Numbered from the stretch's first letter, positions 1-9,717 are shown. The stretch: 42,651 bases of DNA from Rubrobacteraceae bacterium (GCA_036388755.1 DASVRE010000257.1:1-42651); one strand, 5' to 3'. Notes: generated by a model from the letters alone, not told the origin. Program-made: numbers and translations.

Positions 1-1
1 C

Positions 2-601
2 GAGGCGATGACCTTTCTGGCGGCCGGCTACGAGACCACCGCCCGGGCGCTCGCCTGGACCTTCTATTTGCTCGACCGGAACCCGGAAGAGGGCCGAAAG
101 CTACGGGAGGAGTTGGCGCGGGTGCTGGGAGGACGTACTCCTGCATACGAGGATCTGCCTCGGCTCGTCTACACGAAGATGTTCGTCCAGGAATCCATGC
201 GTCTCTACCCTCCGGTGTGGGGGCTTGCCCGGCGAGCGAGGGGGGAGGACGAAGTCGGGGGACATCGCGTCTCGAAGGGTTCCCGCCAAATCATTAGCGC
301 CTACGTTACTCACCGCCATCCCGCGTTCTGGGAGAACCCAGAAAAGTTCGAACCCGAGCGCTTCACGCCTGAGAGGTCCAAAGACCGCCCGCGCTACGCC
401 TACTTCCCGTTCGGTGGCGGCCCCAGGCAGTGCATCGGCGTTAATTTCGCGACGATAGAGGCTACCCTCATCACCGCGATGGTTGCCCAATGCTTCGACC
501 TATCCTTGGTACAAGGCTACCCGGTCGAGCCCCAAGCCGATCTCACCCTCAAACCCCGTTACGGGTTGCCAATGATCCTAAGAGGCCTGACCACCGGCTA
601 G
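2..601 (+). CDS. Cytochrome P450, C-terminal part (5' end outside window)
   Basis: I-helix AGYETT, ExxR (ESMR), PERF and heme motif FGGGPRQCIG; frame is open to the window edge. Confidence 0.95.
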   Translation, partial: EAMTFLAAGYETTARALAWTFYLLDRNPEEGRKLREELARVLGGRTPAYEDLPRLVYTKMFVQESMRLYPPVWGLARRARGEDEVGGHRVSKGSRQIISAYVTHRHPAFWENPEKFEPERFTPERSKDRPRYAYFPFGGGPRQCIGVNFATIEATLITAMVAQCFDLSLVQGYPVEPQADLTLKPRYGLPMILRGLTTG

Positions 602-715
602 GAGGGTAACAGGGTCGCAGGCTTCGGGCAGGACTATCCTCCAGCTGTACGGGTATGCAGCCTCCTCTTGACCGTCTAAGTAGGAGGCGGACATTGTTTT
701 GGATGCGGTGAAGGC

Positions 716-910
716 GTACGTTTTAGAAGCTGTCTCACGCTGTTACCGGCGTCAATCCTCCTCGTCGCGTTGGTCATCTTCGCAGGCCGTGGCGAATCAG
801 AGAGTAGCTCCCCGGCTGAGGAGAGCGTGGAGGCCGGCAGCACCGCCAAAGAAACACCCGAAACGACCGAAGAGCCCACGGAAGGGGGGACCGGCAAGTC
901 CAGTAGCTGA
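716..910 (+). pseudogene. Degenerate small lipoprotein-like ORF
   Basis: Frame reads VRFRSCLTLLPASILLVALVIFAGRGESESSSPAEE...; signal-peptide shape with lipobox FAG[C] appearing as FAG-R (CGT), GTA where a GTG start is expected, and an S/T/E-rich linker. Confidence 0.4.
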
Positions 911-1081
911 CCGGTCACTTCTACGACGCCGTATACGGCGATGCTGATAGTCTTTGTTCTCCAAGCGAGGCTCCTTTGCGGCTCGTTCGTGGTCTACGAG
1001 CCGGTATACCCACCTCACGTCTCGGGTAACGGCGAGTGGCTGCAGAGATCGCTGTCTAGTAGACTGGCCCGGGTGGCCCGT

Positions 1082-1702
1082 TCAGACGAAGGGCACCATG
1101 ACATTCTTCTGGTAGGCGGAACGGATGCTGAGGCGGTCGTGCCAAGCTTCGAGGTTCGTCATATCGGGACGTTGGATGTCCATGTTCAGCCAACGGTAGA
1201 CCGTAGTACCGAGTGCGATGTCGCCGACGGTGAGGTTAGCACCGGCTACGTAGTTGTTGCCGGCTAGGTGAGCGTCGAGGATGGCGAGGGCTTCCGCTGT
1301 GCGTGCTAAAGAGGCCCGTATCTGGTCCGGGTCCCTTTGTTCTTGTGGCGTCCGGACCAGGCCGAGGAATGCCGCCCTGAAGGCGACCCATACGGTCCCG
1401 AGCTGGTAGTCCATCCACTTCTCCGCAAGGGCTCGCGCTGCCGGGGTTTCGGGCCAGAGAGAGTCAGTTCCGTATTTCGCGGCCAGATAGCGTACGATGC
1501 TGTTCGACTCCCATAGGGTAAAACCGTCGTCCCGGATAGTGGGGATTAGGCCGGTCGGGTTCATCGCGAGGTACTCCGGCTCGCGGGTGCCGCCGAACGT
1601 ACCCCCGGCGTCCACGCGCTCGTAGGGCAGCTCTAGCTCGTCGCAGCACCACAGGACCTTTTGGACGTTAACAGAGTTCTTGCGGCCCCAGATCGTGATC
1701 AT
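1082..1702 (-). CDS. Glutathione S-transferase (GstB-like)
   Basis: WGRKNSVNVQKVLW N-terminus, MNPTGLIP, LWESNSIVRYL, C-terminal LTVGDI. Confidence 0.92.
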   Translation of the reverse strand: MITIWGRKNSVNVQKVLWCCDELELPYERVDAGGTFGGTREPEYLAMNPTGLIPTIRDDGFTLWESNSIVRYLAAKYGTDSLWPETPAARALAEKWMDYQLGTVWVAFRAAFLGLVRTPQEQRDPDQIRASLARTAEALAILDAHLAGNNYVAGANLTVGDIALGTTVYRWLNMDIQRPDMTNLEAWHDRLSIRSAYQKNVMVPFV

Positions 1703-1815
1703 CTCACTTACCCTTTCCCGCGTGTCACCTGCCGGGTATTCTAAGCTGCCCCGTTGTCCGCTGCGTCTGAAGGGCCGGTGAATCAGGGCGTATATCGGTT
1801 AAGATAAGCTTACTG

Positions 1816-3093
1816 ATGGATCGCCAGACACCCAGAAAGTTCGCAACCACGCCCGGGACCCGCGACGTCCTGCCGCCGGAGTCGACCCGGCTGCTCGACG
1901 TGCAGGCGAAGATCCGGGAGCGCTTCAGGCTCTTCGGTTACGGGGAGGTCATCACCCCTGCCCTCGAATACTCGGAGGTTGTCGAGGAGCCAAAACTCAG
2001 GGACGTCTCCTTCAAGCTCTTCGATCAGGACAACCAGATGTTGCTCCTGCGACCGGAGATGACGACGCCGATAGCCCGACTCGTTGCCCAGCGCCTCAGA
2101 AACTTCCCGCCACCCCACAAGCTCTCCTACGTACTGCCGGTCTACCGGCGGGCAAACGTGGGCCGCGGTCAGAGCGCTGAGATCTACCAGGCGGGCGTGG
2201 AGGTCGTCGGGTCCCCAAGCCCCCAGGAAGACGCCGGCACGGTTTCATTGCTCGTGGACGTACTGAATACCCTGGGTCTCGAGGCACCGGGCGATTTCGC
2301 GGTGGTACTTGGTCAGACGGCGTTTTACGAAGCCTACCTCCGGCGGACTGCCCCCGAGGTGGCCCCGGCTTTCCTCGCAGCGCTCGCCGCCAAGGACCTC
2401 GTCCGGATCGATGCCCTCGCTGTCGATCTGCCGGACAGAGTCTCCACCGCCGTCAGAGAGATACCGCGGCTCGTCGGGCCTGCAGCAGACGGCGCCGTGC
2501 TGGAGGAGGCGGCGAAGTTCGCCGACGGTGCTCCGGAGGCCCTGGAGGCGCTAGAGAACCTGCGGGAGATACTGCGTTATTTAGAGGCTTACAGGTGCCT
2601 CGACGCGGTGATCCTGGATCTCGGTCTGATCGGACGCCACAACTACTACACGGGCGCGGTCTTCGAGGTGTACGCTGCCGGTCTCGGATTTACCGTCGCT
2701 AATGGGGGGCGTTACGATAACCTCCTCAAACGTTTCGGCCAGGACCTGCCGGCCACCGGCTTCGCCATCTACCTCGAAAGGCTCCTCTCCGTGCTACCCG
2801 AAGAAAAAGATTCCCCGCTCCTCGTGCTCGTCGGGGGTGGGGTGGAAGGCACCAAGGCCGCCGTTTCTCTGCGCGCATCGGGTGTGCCGATTTTGCACCT
2901 CCCCGAGGACCTGGAACCCGATGCCGCCGCAACGTACGCCGCCTCTGTTGAGGCCGTCTGGATTTGCTACCCGACGCGTGACGATGGTGCGAAACTCGCC
3001 GTCGCACACCAGGGCGCTCCCTTCGAGGCGGTAAAGATCGAAGACGTAGCGGACAGGGTACTCGGAGGCATACCGGAAGGAACGCGCCGGTGA
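1816..3093 (+). CDS. hisZ: ATP phosphoribosyltransferase regulatory subunit
   Basis: HisRS-like motifs PGTRD, LRPEMTTPIAR, YQAGVE, YYTG, GGRYD; overlaps a short hisG. Confidence 0.93.
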   Translation: MDRQTPRKFATTPGTRDVLPPESTRLLDVQAKIRERFRLFGYGEVITPALEYSEVVEEPKLRDVSFKLFDQDNQMLLLRPEMTTPIARLVAQRLRNFPPPHKLSYVLPVYRRANVGRGQSAEIYQAGVEVVGSPSPQEDAGTVSLLVDVLNTLGLEAPGDFAVVLGQTAFYEAYLRRTAPEVAPAFLAALAAKDLVRIDALAVDLPDRVSTAVREIPRLVGPAADGAVLEEAAKFADGAPEALEALENLREILRYLEAYRCLDAVILDLGLIGRHNYYTGAVFEVYAAGLGFTVANGGRYDNLLKRFGQDLPATGFAIYLERLLSVLPEEKDSPLLVLVGGGVEGTKAAVSLRASGVPILHLPEDLEPDAAATYAASVEAVWICYPTRDDGAKLAVAHQGAPFEAVKIEDVADRVLGGIPEGTRR

Positions 3094-3749
3094 GCACGCG
3101 CGGCGACCTGCTGCGGGTAGCGGTGCCAAAAGGCGCCATCTTCGAGGACGCATTGCGTGCCTTCGCAAGTGCTGGGTTGCCCGTGGACGTACTGCGGGAG
3201 GATGGCCGCAAGCTTTTCTACGAGGCGGAGGGCGCCGAGTTTATCGTCTGCCGGCCGTCGGACGTGCCGGTCTACGTCGAGTACGGTGCTGCGGATATTG
3301 GTATCGTCGGCAAAGACGTGCTCGAGGAGCAGAAGCCGAACGTCGTGGAACTTAAGGACCTCGGCACCGGGTGGTGCCGTATGATCCTGGCGGCACCCGC
3401 CGGGAGGACGGATGATGTACGCGAGGCCATCGAGCATGCTGAGGTCGTGCGCGTTGCGACCAAGTACCCTAGGACGGCGCGGGGGTACTTTGAGGGGATA
3501 GGTCGTCAGGCAGAGATCATCGCGCTCCACGGCTCCATAGAGCTCGCCCCGCTCGTAGGGCTCGCCGAGTGCATCGTGGACCTGACGGCTACCGGGACCA
3601 CGCTGAGCGAGAACAATTTGACGGTGCTCGACGAGATCTCCTCCTCAACCGCACGTCTGATCGCCAACCGCGGCGCTTATCGCCTCCGCAACCGCGAGGT
3701 CGCAGCCCTCCTGAAAACTATGGAGAAGAACGAGATTCCTCTTGGTTAA
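3090..3749 (+). CDS. hisG: ATP phosphoribosyltransferase (short form)
   Basis: AVPKG, RPSDVPVYVEYGAADIGIVGKDVL, VATKYP, GSIELAPLVGLA, TGTTLSENNL; GTGA overlap with hisZ. Confidence 0.96.
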   Translation: MSTRGDLLRVAVPKGAIFEDALRAFASAGLPVDVLREDGRKLFYEAEGAEFIVCRPSDVPVYVEYGAADIGIVGKDVLEEQKPNVVELKDLGTGWCRMILAAPAGRTDDVREAIEHAEVVRVATKYPRTARGYFEGIGRQAEIIALHGSIELAPLVGLAECIVDLTATGTTLSENNLTVLDEISSSTARLIANRGAYRLRNREVAALLKTMEKNEIPLG

Positions 3750-4995
3750 GGTACTCGACGCTCGTGAGACCGACCCCAGGGAGTTGGTAGACCAATTTCG
3801 GCGCGCGGGTGGCTTCCTCTCCGAGAAGGTCCGCGAAGCAGCCCGGCGCATCGTCGCGAACGTTCGAGATAGGGGAGACGAGGCGCTCCTGGAGTACACT
3901 GAGCGTTTCGACGGGGTGAGGCTTGAGAAGATCCGGGTTCCCCTGGAGGAGATAAAGAGGGCCAGAACGACGCTCTCCCAAGAGGTGGAGGAGAGCTTCC
4001 GCGTCGCCGTGGAGAACGTTCGCCTGTTTCACAAGCACGAGTTGGACCGTCCTTTCGAAACGAGCCGCAACGGAGCGACGACGGGTCAGAGGGTGCGACC
4101 GGTGAAGCGGGCAGGCATCTACGTCCCGGGTGGGCACGGTGCTTATCCGAGCACCCTCGTCATGGCGGCGGTCCCGGCGCAGGTTGCGGGGGTGGAGGAG
4201 ATCCCCGTGTGTGTCCCGCCTAGTCGCGACGGTAGAATCAGCTCGCACGTGCTCGCCGTCGCGGGTCTCCTGGGACTTGAAGAGATCTACGCTGTCGGGG
4301 GAGCCCAGGCGGTGGGGGCTATGGCCTATGGCACCGAGAGCATCCCGCCGGTAAATAAGATCGTGGGCCCCGGCAACGATTACGTGACCGCCGCGAAGCT
4401 GGAGGTCTTCGGGTATGTCGGCGTGGACGCTCCCCAGGGCCCGAGCGAGGTACTCGTCATCGCCGACGTGGGCGCGTTCCCGAAGCGCGTCGCCTATGAC
4501 CTCATGGCCCAGGCCGAGCACCTCTCCGGGGCTTCGGCCGTCCTCCTGACGCCCTCTGTGGAGCTAGTTCGGAGTGTCGAGCCCCTGCTCTCGGGCGAGC
4601 CTGCGGAGCTGATCACGCTCGTGCAGGTGCGCGACGCGGCGCAGGCCGTCGAGATCGCCAACATCTACGCTCCGGAACACGCGCATGTGATCTCCGAGGA
4701 CCCCGAGGCGATACTACAGGACCTCGACGCTGCCGGCATGGTGGCGATCGGTGACTTTAGTCCCGTTGCCCTGAGCGATTACGCCGCCGGTCCCTCCCAC
4801 GCCCTCCCGACCGGAGGCACCGCGACGTGGGCTTCTCCTCTAGGCACTCACGACTTTACCGTGCGCACGAACTACATCCACTACACCCCCGAGGCCCTCG
4901 CCTCTCTAGGGCCCCACGTCGAACGCCTCGCCCGTCTCGAAGGGTTCGAGAACCACGCAGGGAGCGTCGGGGTGCGGCTACGAAAAGAGACGTAA
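3742..4995 (+). CDS. hisD: Histidinol dehydrogenase
   Basis: YVPGG, GGAQAVGAMAYGT, KIVGPGN, GPSEV, QAEH, APEH, GPSHALPT. Confidence 0.96.
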   Translation: MVKVLDARETDPRELVDQFRRAGGFLSEKVREAARRIVANVRDRGDEALLEYTERFDGVRLEKIRVPLEEIKRARTTLSQEVEESFRVAVENVRLFHKHELDRPFETSRNGATTGQRVRPVKRAGIYVPGGHGAYPSTLVMAAVPAQVAGVEEIPVCVPPSRDGRISSHVLAVAGLLGLEEIYAVGGAQAVGAMAYGTESIPPVNKIVGPGNDYVTAAKLEVFGYVGVDAPQGPSEVLVIADVGAFPKRVAYDLMAQAEHLSGASAVLLTPSVELVRSVEPLLSGEPAELITLVQVRDAAQAVEIANIYAPEHAHVISEDPEAILQDLDAAGMVAIGDFSPVALSDYAAGPSHALPTGGTATWASPLGTHDFTVRTNYIHYTPEALASLGPHVERLARLEGFENHAGSVGVRLRKET

Positions 4996-5017
4996 GCTGG
5001 CACTCGAGGTCAGGGAG

Positions 5018-5425
5018 ATGGTCTCTGACGAGGAGATCTCCTCGACCTATGCCGTGATGAGGCAGCTTCGGACTCATCTGATAGAGGACGAGTACTTGGA
5101 GAAGGTTGAGTGCATGCGCCGCTCGGGTTACCGGGTCGCGGCGGTTTTGGACGGAGGCCGCGTGACGTGCGTAGCGGGGTTCAGGATCCAGGAGTACCTC
5201 TACTGCGGCAAGCACCTCTACGTGGACGATCTCATCACCGACGGGAGCACTCGCTCGCAGGGCCACGGCAAACGGATGCTCGACTGGCTCACCGAGGAGG
5301 CGAGAAGAGCCGACTGCGTGCAGCTACATCTGGACTCGGGCGTACAACGACCCGAAGCCCACCGCTTCTACTTCCGCGAGGGGCTCATCATCTCCGCTTA
5401 CCACTTCCGCAAGGACCTTCAGTAA
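5018..5425 (+). CDS. GNAT family N-acetyltransferase
   Basis: LYVDDLIT, RSQGHG acetyl-CoA motif, LHLDSGVQRPEAHRFY; true start may be a few codons upstream. Confidence 0.9.
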   Translation: MVSDEEISSTYAVMRQLRTHLIEDEYLEKVECMRRSGYRVAAVLDGGRVTCVAGFRIQEYLYCGKHLYVDDLITDGSTRSQGHGKRMLDWLTEEARRADCVQLHLDSGVQRPEAHRFYFREGLIISAYHFRKDLQ

Positions 5426-5458
5426 AGCTCGCGCGGGGCATCTCTGCTGCTCAACGAC

Positions 5459-5845
5459 TCAGTCTGGCGGGTACACCATCGTCCGCAGGAGGTGTTCAAG
5501 TGCTTCTTCGGGATCGGCGGCGAAGCCGGTATGGACGGGGGAGGGCTGTACGACGGTGCTGCGGGGAGCCACTAGCCAGCCGAAACGCTGGCTGGTTGGC
5601 AGGAGGCCAATGGGGCCTGCTCGGTCGCCGCCGGTGCACACGAGGCAGACGGCCTCCAGGTGGGCGAGCACGGAGGCGTGATCCAACTCTGAGTCGAGCG
5701 CACTCAAGCGCCCGTGGTCGAGGTACACGCGCGCGTCGAGGAAGTTCGCTTCGGAGCAGTGGAGCAGCACGCCCCCGTTGATGAACTCCCCGCGCTCGAC
5801 GCGAGGCACCACGCGCAGGAGGGCGTACTCAAACAGCTTGCTCAC
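5459..5845 (-). CDS. DUF3037 domain protein
   Basis: FEYALLRVVPRVERGEFIN-G, RFGWLVAPRSTVVQPSPVHTG; overlaps the 3' end of the kinase gene. Confidence 0.9.
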   Translation of the reverse strand: MSKLFEYALLRVVPRVERGEFINGGVLLHCSEANFLDARVYLDHGRLSALDSELDHASVLAHLEAVCLVCTGGDRAGPIGLLPTSQRFGWLVAPRSTVVQPSPVHTGFAADPEEALEHLLRTMVYPPD

Positions 5846-6623
5846 GAACGTCCTCTAGCACCCGCGCCCAGACTCGCGGCTCCGCGAGACGGGCCGAGAG
5901 GTAATCGACGTAGGCGGAGCGCACCTCTTGCGGACTCTCGAAGCCGGGCTCGTCCCGCAGCCAGTCGTCGGGAACGAGCTTGACCGCACGGCACAGTGCC
6001 TCCTGAGTGAGCAGTGGAGCCAAGGCCGCGTCTGTCTGCGATACGGGTCCCGAGAAGGGAAGCAGGACGTGGTTTCGGGCTACAGCGTACGGTCTCTGGG
6101 CAGCGACTTCGAGGGACGGACCCTCACGGCCGGGCCAGTCGTGGTGGAAGTACAGGGCGGCCCCGTGGTCTATGAGCCACAGCGCTCCGTGCCAGACGAG
6201 CAGGTTCGTGTTGCGCGGGGAGCGATCGACGTTCTGCACGAGCGCGTCGAACCACAGGATGCGCGCTGCGAGCGCCGGGTTGGGGGGGCCCACGGCCGGG
6301 TCGAAGGGCAGAGAGCCCGGCAGAAAGTCGAGCGCGAGGTTGAGACCGCCGCTCGCCCGGATAAGGTCCTGTATCTCGGGATCGGGCTCCATTCTCCCCA
6401 GCTCCGGGTTGAGCTCTACCAGCACGATCTCCGGCACGCTCAATCCCAGCACGCGGGCTAATTCTCCCGCCACGAGCTCCGCCACGAGCGCCTTGCGTCC
6501 CTGTCCCGCGCCCCGAAACTTCAACACGTAAGTACCAAGGTCGTCGGCCTCTACAACCGCCGGCAACGATCCTCCCTCGCGCAGCGGTGTAACGTAACGG
6601 ATAGCCGTCACCGTCCTCAGCAA
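5829..6623 (-). CDS. HipA-like Ser/Thr kinase (HipA_2-type)
   Basis: LREGGSLP glycine loop, YVLKFRGAGQG, NVDRSPRNTNLL catalytic loop, LIDHG; TTG start at 6623 behind GGAGG. Confidence 0.88.
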   Translation of the reverse strand: MLRTVTAIRYVTPLREGGSLPAVVEADDLGTYVLKFRGAGQGRKALVAELVAGELARVLGLSVPEIVLVELNPELGRMEPDPEIQDLIRASGGLNLALDFLPGSLPFDPAVGPPNPALAARILWFDALVQNVDRSPRNTNLLVWHGALWLIDHGAALYFHHDWPGREGPSLEVAAQRPYAVARNHVLLPFSGPVSQTDAALAPLLTQEALCRAVKLVPDDWLRDEPGFESPQEVRSAYVDYLSARLAEPRVWARVLEDVREQAV

Positions 6624-6751
6624 GCTAGAGACCCTCCCGTGCACTGGCGCCGACCGTCCACATCTACTTCGCCGGTACGCCTGGAGTCAGCACGTCCGGC
6701 ATGGTCTCACACCCCCCGAAACCCCGCCAGTTCGCCGGCGTCTACATCGGC

Positions 6752-6757
6752 TAGAAT
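6752..6757 (+). promoter_or_regulatory. -10 element (TAGAAT) for hisB-H-A
   Basis: TAGAAT about 30 nt upstream of hisB GTG, followed by AAGGAGG RBS. Confidence 0.6.
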
Positions 6758-6786
6758 GCTTACTGCTGGAGGCAGAAGGAGGACTC

Positions 6787-7371
6787 GTGGCACGAGTCGG
6801 CAGCACCGAACGACAGACCGGCGAGACGTACGTGAAGGTGCGACTCGAACTAGACGGCGAAGGCCACGCCCAGGTAAAGACCGGCGTCGGCTTCTTCGAC
6901 CACGTCCTGCACCTCCTAGCTCACCACTCCGGCATAGACCTCGAAGTAGAAGCGAGTGGCGATACCTGGGTGGACGACCACCACACCGTCGAGGATGCGG
7001 GGCTCGTCCTCGGGCGCGCCCTCGACGAGGCCCTGGGCGGCCGCACGGACCTTGTCCGCTTTGCCAGCGCGAGCGCGCCGCTCATCGAGGCCCTCTCAAC
7101 CGCCGTGGTGGACCTTGGGGGACGCTCGCACCTCACCTGCAACCTGGGACCGATGCCCGAGAAGATCGGAACCTTCGACGTCGAGCTCTTCCCTGAGTTC
7201 TTGCGCGCCTTTACCCAGTACGGTCGCTTTACCCTCCACCTCAACTGCCACTATGGCGAGAACGCCCACCACAAGGTAGAGTCCGGCGTGAAGGCCCTGG
7301 CAGTGGCGTTGCGCGCCGGAATAGCGCAAAGGAGCAGCGGTAGCGCCTCTACGAAAGGGGTAATGGATTGA
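6787..7371 (+). CDS. hisB: Imidazoleglycerol-phosphate dehydratase
   Basis: TGVGFFDHVL, DDHHTVED, NAHHKVES, STKG. Confidence 0.96.
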   Translation: MARVGSTERQTGETYVKVRLELDGEGHAQVKTGVGFFDHVLHLLAHHSGIDLEVEASGDTWVDDHHTVEDAGLVLGRALDEALGGRTDLVRFASASAPLIEALSTAVVDLGGRSHLTCNLGPMPEKIGTFDVELFPEFLRAFTQYGRFTLHLNCHYGENAHHKVESGVKALAVALRAGIAQRSSGSASTKGVMD

Positions 7372-7982
7372 ACGTCGCCGTCGTGGACTACGACGCGGGG
7401 AACACACTCTCGGTAACGCGTGCTTTGAAGAAGGTGGGGGCACGGGTGAACCTCACGCCGGATCCGGAGAGGATACTCGGAGCGGACGCGGTGGTTCTGC
7501 CGGGGGTAGGAGCGTTCGGGGACTGCATGCATAAGCTCAGGGAGAGGGGGATGGACGAGGCCTGTCTCGAGACTTATCGTACGGGCAAGCCGTTTCTCGG
7601 GGTATGTGTGGCGTTGCAGGTCTTCTTTGATGCTTCGGAGGAGTCGCCGGGCGTAGAGGGGTTGGGTATCTTCCCCGGTAAAGTGGTTAGGTTCGCCGTC
7701 GGCCCGCTCAAGGTGCCACACATGGGTTGGAACGACCTGGATCTTACCCGTCCCCATCCGGTCTTCGACGGGCTGAGCGGCGAGGCATTCTATTTTGTTC
7801 ACTCCTACTACCCCGAACCTGAGGAGCCCAGCGACCTGCTCGGGGTTTCGGATTACGGCGGGGCTTTCTGCGCGGCGGCCGGGCGGGAGAACCTGGTGGC
7901 CGTGCAATTCCACCCCGAGAAGAGCAGCCTAGCGGGCCTCAAGCTCTACGAGAACTTCCTCGGGTGGGCGCGAAACCCTTGA
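7368..7982 (+). CDS. hisH: Imidazole glycerol phosphate synthase, glutaminase subunit
   Basis: DYDAGN, LPGVGAF, LGVC, PHMGWN, YFVHSY, QFHPEKS. Confidence 0.96.
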   Translation: MNVAVVDYDAGNTLSVTRALKKVGARVNLTPDPERILGADAVVLPGVGAFGDCMHKLRERGMDEACLETYRTGKPFLGVCVALQVFFDASEESPGVEGLGIFPGKVVRFAVGPLKVPHMGWNDLDLTRPHPVFDGLSGEAFYFVHSYYPEPEEPSDLLGVSDYGGAFCAAAGRENLVAVQFHPEKSSLAGLKLYENFLGWARNP

Positions 7983-8704
7983 CGGGCTTCACGGTTTATC
8001 CGGCGATAGATGTGCGCGAGGGACGTTGCGTCCGGCTGAAACAGGGCGATTTCGACCGCCAGAGGGAGTACGACGCGGACCCCGTGGGACGTGCCAGGGA
8101 GTGGGAGCGCCGGGGAGCCCGCGCCATGCACGTTGTGGATCTCGACGGCGCGAAAGAAGGCCGGCCGGTCCAACTCGACCTCGTACGCAGAATCGCCGGC
8201 TCCGTTGGAGTACCGCTGCAGGTGGGAGGTGGTGTGCGTACGCTCGAGGATCTGCGGGCTTTGCGGGGTGCTGGGCCCTCCCGCGTCGTGATGGGTACGG
8301 CGGCGGTACTCAACCGGGAGCTGAGGCTGCGGGCGGTAGATGCTCTGGGAGAAGCTCTGGTGGTGGCCGTGGACGCGCGTGGCGGTATCGTGGCTACCCA
8401 CGGTTGGCAACATGAGAGCGGCCGGGACGTCTTGGACCTTGCAGCGGAGCTGGACGAGGACGGTGTGGCATCCGTGCTCTACACCGACGTCGCCCGGGAC
8501 GGTATGGACACGGGTGTGGCCCTCGAAGGAACGGCCGAAGTCGCCGCAATAGTACCCACCATTGCCAGCGGCGGCGTGCGGGATGCACAGGACATCGCTG
8601 CCCTGTCGAGTATTCCCGGCGTTGCAGGCGCTATCGTGGGCACAGCACTCTACGAAGGGAACGTGACGCTAGAAGAGCTCTTGGAGGCCGCGGGACGCCG
8701 ATAG
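7979..8704 (+). CDS. hisA: ProFAR isomerase
   Basis: PAIDVREGRCVRL, HVVDLDGA, QVGGGVR, YTDVARDG, IASGGV; TTGA overlap with hisH. Confidence 0.95.
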   Translation: MTGFTVYPAIDVREGRCVRLKQGDFDRQREYDADPVGRAREWERRGARAMHVVDLDGAKEGRPVQLDLVRRIAGSVGVPLQVGGGVRTLEDLRALRGAGPSRVVMGTAAVLNRELRLRAVDALGEALVVAVDARGGIVATHGWQHESGRDVLDLAAELDEDGVASVLYTDVARDGMDTGVALEGTAEVAAIVPTIASGGVRDAQDIAALSSIPGVAGAIVGTALYEGNVTLEELLEAAGRR

Positions 8705-8794
8705 AAGAACGGGCACGAGTACTGCGGGAGCTTACCGATAAGTCTCTTAGCTCTATCCTAACGCAGCAATTTTCTTTGAGGTAGGAGGAGGGTT

Positions 8795-9305
8795 GTGGTC
8801 CAGGCCATGGCGCTGGAGGTTCGACTCCTGAGTAGAACCACGCGAAGTCTTGAAAGTTGTACTCTCGAACCCCGCAGGGAGCTTCGTCAGAACGGTTCGG
8901 GGAGTCCTTTTGAGCCCCGCCAATTTCTTCCGGCTGTACCCGGAGGAGGGCAGACTTTGGAGCCCGATAGTGTTCGCACTCGCATGTGTGCTGATTTCGA
9001 TTTCCTCGCGCTCCTCGTTGTACCACATGACTCTCTGGATGGCGGCGAACCGAGCTTCGAGGGCTTCGCGAATCTCTTCCCGGAAGTGCGCTCTTCGGCG
9101 GACGTGGCCGGGGTGTCCGTGATCTTCCTGATCCTTGCATCCCTGAGTGCGCTTCCCAGCCTTTTCATCAGCGCCGCGATTTACCATATCCTTAAGGACC
9201 GTAGTGCGGCCGGCGAACACCGACTTCTATACGATGCACGTGATCTCCTATACCTCTGCCGCTGAATTCCTAACCTGGATACCGATGGTTGGACTCCTCG
9301 CAAGG
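8795..9305 (+). pseudogene. Yip1/YIP1-family membrane protein remnant
   Basis: Pieces in three frames: NPAGSFVRTVRGVLLSPANFF...PIVFALAC, then FLALLV...LFISAAIYHIL, then LRTVVRPANTDF...YTSAAEFLTWIPMVGLLA; at least two frameshifts and a 3' truncation. Confidence 0.65.
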
Positions 9306-9717
9306 CGGGGACGAGATATCCCGGTGGTAAGGTGCGGTTGGTTCTGCCCGTGGAGCCGGAGGCTTTCTTTGCTGAGGCTGGCCCCGGTCGAGTAGAGGCG
9401 GTCAGGATTAACTTGCGGAGAGTGCTGCTGGGTGACGGCGCTGGCGAGCACACCGGAAGTCCGTCGAGGTTCACGGGCGGCGAAGATCTAAGATCGAGGA
9501 GCCGGAGTTCGCCCCATCAAAACGTAAGACCGGCGAATACTGGCACGTGCGATGCAGACGGGAACGAGAGAGGAAGAGAAGCTCTAAAGCTCTCCGTGAG
9601 GTTAGCGTACGAACCGCGCTTCTGCTCTCTCCAGAAGGGATGCAGGGCGCAGACGGACGAGGTTACTGCTCCGGTTGCCATACCATAAGTCGTATGTTGT
9701 TACAATCTAGCTAAAAG

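Noticed and set aside
8815-8830. GGAGGTTCGACTCCT resembles a tRNA T-arm
   Set aside because: Only 3 bp of stem and no acceptor, D or anticodon arms; it lies in the 5' part of the Yip1-like pseudogene
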